Source: Macrostomum lignano (lineage: Eukaryota). From it: a stretch of DNA of 64,000 nucleotides. Position numbers and translations under genes: made by a program. The stretch spans positions 1 through 64,000 of the forward strand of contig NIVC01002642.1 in NCBI GenBank assembly GCA_002269645.1, written 5' to 3'. Of this stretch, positions 60,701 through 64,000 are shown one piece after another. The notes beneath the pieces are model-generated. The model saw nothing but the letters and a program-made list of their open reading frames with translations. It had not been told where the DNA came from and made no database searches. Position 1 is the stretch's first letter, and every line of letters starts with the position of its first letter.

Positions 60701-62491
60701 ACTCGTTGAAGGATTTCCGAGGCATTTGTGAACCTATGCTGAGCCTCTTGAGCCGCATCAGTCCGAGGGGCGTGCTGAAGGTGAAGAGGTGACGGCTGCT
60801 CTCGTGGACTGGGATCTGATAAAAGGCCTTCCGGATATCGAGTTCGCTGAACAGCTTGGCGTCTGCCATTTCCTCGGTGATTTCGTCCAGCGTGGGGATT
60901 TGCTGCTTCTCTGGAATGACGAGAGCGTTGAGATCACGGAGGTCCTGGCAGATTCTGACGCCACCGTCGCCCTTGGGCACCACCACCATGCGTGACACCC
61001 AGGCGCTGGGACCTTTGACTGCCTCAATGATGCCCTGCTCCTCCAAAGCCTTGAGCTCGTCCACTACGGCCTCTTTCAGGTGCGCCGCCACACGTGAGGG
61101 CGCCTGGCAGACTGGAACAGCGTCGTCGGACAGCTGGACCTGGACCTCTACTCCCTTGATGCAGCCGATGCCGTTGAAGACTTCTTTGTGCCTCTGCAGG
61201 ATGGCCTTGAGCTGGGGGTCGATATACTGCTCGGAGAGTGTGATGTCGGCGATGGCGTTCATGTTTTGCGGCTTGGTAGCTTCAGGTCGCTGGATCTTCA
61301 GCACTCCTAGCTTGAATGCGGGCTGACGCCCTAGTATCGTCAGCCTGTCGCCGTCCATGATGTGGAAGGTCGCGGTTGTTCTGGCAGATCCCACTTGGAT
61401 GTCAAGATCGGCGGTACCCACAATCCTGAGAGGTGTCGGTACACCGTAGGCACGAACTTCGGCTCTTGTCGGGCGTGGGCTTGGCAGGCTGAGCGCTCTG
61501 AAGGTGCGGAGACTCATGATGCTGCAGCTGGCTCCGCTGTCAATCATCATAGGAAGCTGCCGGTTTGCCACCTGCACAGTCAGTGAGACGTCGGATGGGT
61601 ATTTGTCGCGGTTGTACAGCGCGAACACATCCTCGTTGACGGAGCCGTCGGCAGCTGTGAAGACAGCATTGGTGCTGATTTGCTGCTGTGGGGTCCGGCT
61701 GCTGTTTGACTGCCGAGGCTGACGGCAGGCAAGAGCGAGGTGGTTGGGCTTGCCGCAGTTGTGGCAGATCTTGCCCTTGGCAGCGTCGCAGGTGGCGTAG
61801 CCTTTCTCGCCGCAGCGGTAGCAGGTGCGCTGCTGCTGGTCGCCGGGCCTGCTGGTCGTCTGAGCCGGGCCACGCCTGTTCGTTCTCACCTTGTCGTCCT
61901 TAGCAACGCTGGCCACGTGCGAGTCTGCCTTCCCCATCTCAGTTGCTTGTTCCTCAGCAGCCTCGAATGCCCTCGCCTTCCGCAAGGCCTCCTCCAGGCT
62001 GATGTTCGCCTCCTGAAGCAGCCGCCTGCGCAGCTTGTCAGAGCTGCAGGTTGCCACGAGCTGGTCTCTGATGAGCGAGTCCTTCAGCTGTTCGAAGTCG
62101 CACGGCTCTGCCGCAGTGCGCAGTCTGGCGTACCAGGACTCGATGGACTCTCCGGTGGCCTGGGTGCATAGGCGGAACTGATATCTGGCGAATACTATGT
62201 TCTTTCTTCCGTTGAAGAATGTCTTCAAAGCGTCCAGCGTCTGCTTGAGGGTGACTTGGCCGTCCTCTGTGGCCGCTGCAGGCTTGGCCTCCTCGCGGAT
62301 GACGTCGGCGATTTCCTTGCCTGCTGTGTAGCTGAGTAGTTTGCACTTTTGCTTCTCGTTGGTGATGCCTGATGCATCGATGAAGTCTTCAAAGCGGTCC
62401 GCCCATTGACTCCAGCGCTTGCCGCGTTGTGTGGGTCTGCTGATACTGAGAATGGCTCAGGTGGGGGCAGTGAGAGAAAGTTGGCTGCCAT
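57784..62491 (-). pseudogene. gag-pol polyprotein of the Gypsy element, at least 5 disruptions
   Basis: Gag with Cys knuckles (CYRCG..., CHNCGKPNHLALAC), protease MIDSGAS, RT (RICQDLRDLN, ELDIRKAFYQ, WAHDD), RNase H (LVDASPIGLG, VTDHRPL), integrase HHCC and D-D-E (MDFYGP, TDNGPPF, NGATER). Shifts near 62425, 60735, 60200 and 59010; a deletion at ~60555 removes part of RT. Confidence 0.92.
57914..58731. repeat. 24-bp (2x12) GC-rich minisatellite inside the integrase C-terminal coding region
   Basis: (GCCGGCAGGCTCTCCGGCAGGCTG/ATTG)n, ~34 units, reading (GEPAGQPA/GEPAGQSA)n in the pol frame. Confidence 0.95.
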
Positions 62492-63361
62492 GATTTGTTT
62501 ACCGCGCGGTAGGCGGCTTGCGACGCCACTGTAGAGAGCGAAGCCGCGAGAGAGAAAGTTATGTGTTGTGCGTAGCCGATAAAGCCTCAACCTATTGTAG
62601 GCTCTGTGCGATCGATTTATATATTTAGCAGCGACCCTGCAGTTAAGACTGTGTACACTAAAAAGAGAAAGCCAAGAATATTGAATGTACATCGCAAATG
62701 CACACCAGGACTAAAATCACTTATTATGCAAGCACTGGGCAGCAGGCGCCTACAGCCACCTTCCCAGATCCTCATATGGAGCCAGCCACCTTCTCAGATC
62801 CTCCAGTTATTTGCAAATTTTACCTACGTACGAGCCGTATATCCAATGCACAATATCCAGCCGATATGGGAAGACTTAGCGCGCCCTATATAACAGATAT
62901 TTGCCATAATTTTCTGTCCTATCTTCGCCAAGATAGCCACACAGATACGATCTAGTGTGGCATTTGGAAGTTCCCAGAAGGTTCCTATAAGCAGTTTAAC
63001 GATCTCTGACATTTATTGCCAACCGCAATAAATGACTTGACTAAAGGCGGCCAACTTGGTGAATGATAAAAATTGCAAGTGTTGACTTCCTAAACTAAAG
63101 CGTTACGATTTCGGGTTATTGCTGAGTTCCTAATTCCGGCTCTAAAGAGAAGTGTACACCAACAAACGTTCACAAATTGCTCAAATAGCTCGTATATCTG
63201 GCTTTGACAGCAGCGCAGTTAGGGGAGATCAAGGCGCCTCAATAGCACATCTCAGCCATTTCCAGCGCCGCAATCTCATTGGCTGGCCAATCGCTGGGCT
63301 GGCAGCAGAATAAAAAGGGATTCCGATTGCCCTCATTTCCTCAGCATGTCCTCTGCAGGCA

Positions 63362-63849
63362 ATGCAGCTCCACCCGCCAGACCCGCTAGACTCCGATTCG
63401 ACACCCGCCCGGGTTGTCGACGGCGGTGCAAGTTTAAAACGGCGCCGGCGCCGCTCCCAATGCGTCTCGCGCGATCTCCGGCAGCTGTTCTGCGCAAACA
63501 GCAGTCTGCGCGGGGTGCCGAGAATTGTGAAAGCGGAGAGTGCCGGCCTCCGCTGCCTGTGGCTGCTGTTCGTGCTCGCCATGCTGGGCCTGCTGCTGTT
63601 CTCTTCGTACAAAATCGTCATGAACTATTACGAGGCCGACGTAGGCATTCAGACGTCAATTCTAAGCAATCACGCCAGCGACTTTCCGGCTGTGACGCTG
63701 TGCAACCACTATCCGTTCTCGGCGAGGGCCGCGGAGCTGTGGAACTCCGGACGGGTGCCCTCGCCCAGTCGCTTCAATAAAGCGCTGCGGGCCCAGACTA
63801 AACGGCTGATGATGTCCAGGCACTTCTCTCTGGCTAGGACTCTGACCAG
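63362..63849 (+). CDS. DEG/ENaC-family sodium channel, first coding exon (gene continues beyond the window)
   Basis: FCANSSLRGVPRI pre-TM1 segment, TM1 LWLLFVLAMLGLLLFSSY, and the family hallmark FPAVTLCN. Probable donor AG|GTACGC at 63850. Confidence 0.85.
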
Positions 63850-63869
63850 GTACGCTCTGAGGGCAGATT

Positions 63870-64000
63870 CGGTAGATAGTGCAACTAGAGGTGTCCGTAC
63901 TGGTAGATGATGCAACTAGAGATGTCTCTGCCTGTAGATGATGCAACTAGAGGTATCTCTGCCCGTAGATGATGCAACTAGAGGTATCTCTGCCCGTAGA
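63870..64000. repeat. 31-bp minisatellite in the presumed DEG/ENaC intron
   Basis: GTAGATGATGCAACTAGAGGTATCTCTGCCC repeated; runs off the window. Confidence 0.85.

Larger units (their letters stand above)
57194..62754 (-). mobile_element. Full-length but decayed Ty3/Gypsy LTR retrotransposon (5561 bp)
   Basis: 225-bp LTRs 57194-57418 and 62530-62754 (TG...CA, 11 substitutions by my count, no indels). 5-bp TSD GCCAC. PBS-like TGGCGTCGC next to the 5' LTR; PPT GGTTGGGGAGAAT at 57419-57431. Domain order PR-RT-RH-IN. Confidence 0.96.

Overview
This is eukaryotic (animal) genomic DNA, not prokaryotic: it has GC-rich exons, canonical GT-AG introns, AT-rich spacers and very abundant minisatellites. 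The style suggests a free-living flatworm such as Macrostomum, but that is inference only. Genes supported by motifs: a frameshifted cytochrome P450 5' end (-), site-2 protease MBTPS2 (-, 3 exons), tRNA-His(GTG), an SLC25A39/40-type mitochondrial carrier (-, 3 exons, one intron filled by a ~7.1 kb 71-bp satellite), two rhodopsin-like GPCR paralogs (-) flanking a VWA + alpha-kinase gene (+), an intronless MFSD2-like transporter (+), a BET bromodomain gene (+) and the first exon of a DEG/ENaC channel (+). Mobile DNA: a decayed full-length Ty3/Gypsy element with both LTRs, TSD, PBS and PPT; two tRNA-derived SINE copies; hAT- and Mutator-type MITEs; and a probable non-autonomous Helitron-like element. 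The giant ORFs in the track are artefacts of strand-skewed tandem repeats. I see no convincing wholly new multi-gene system. The best leads are the VWA-alpha-kinase with an RGG-like insert between two mosaic GPCRs, a GPCR 3' fragment copied into a minisatellite with template-switch junctions, an in-frame repeat expansion in the integrase tail, and satellites seeded inside transposons and introns. Single-base frameshifts in housekeeping genes suggest consensus errors or a decaying duplicate.
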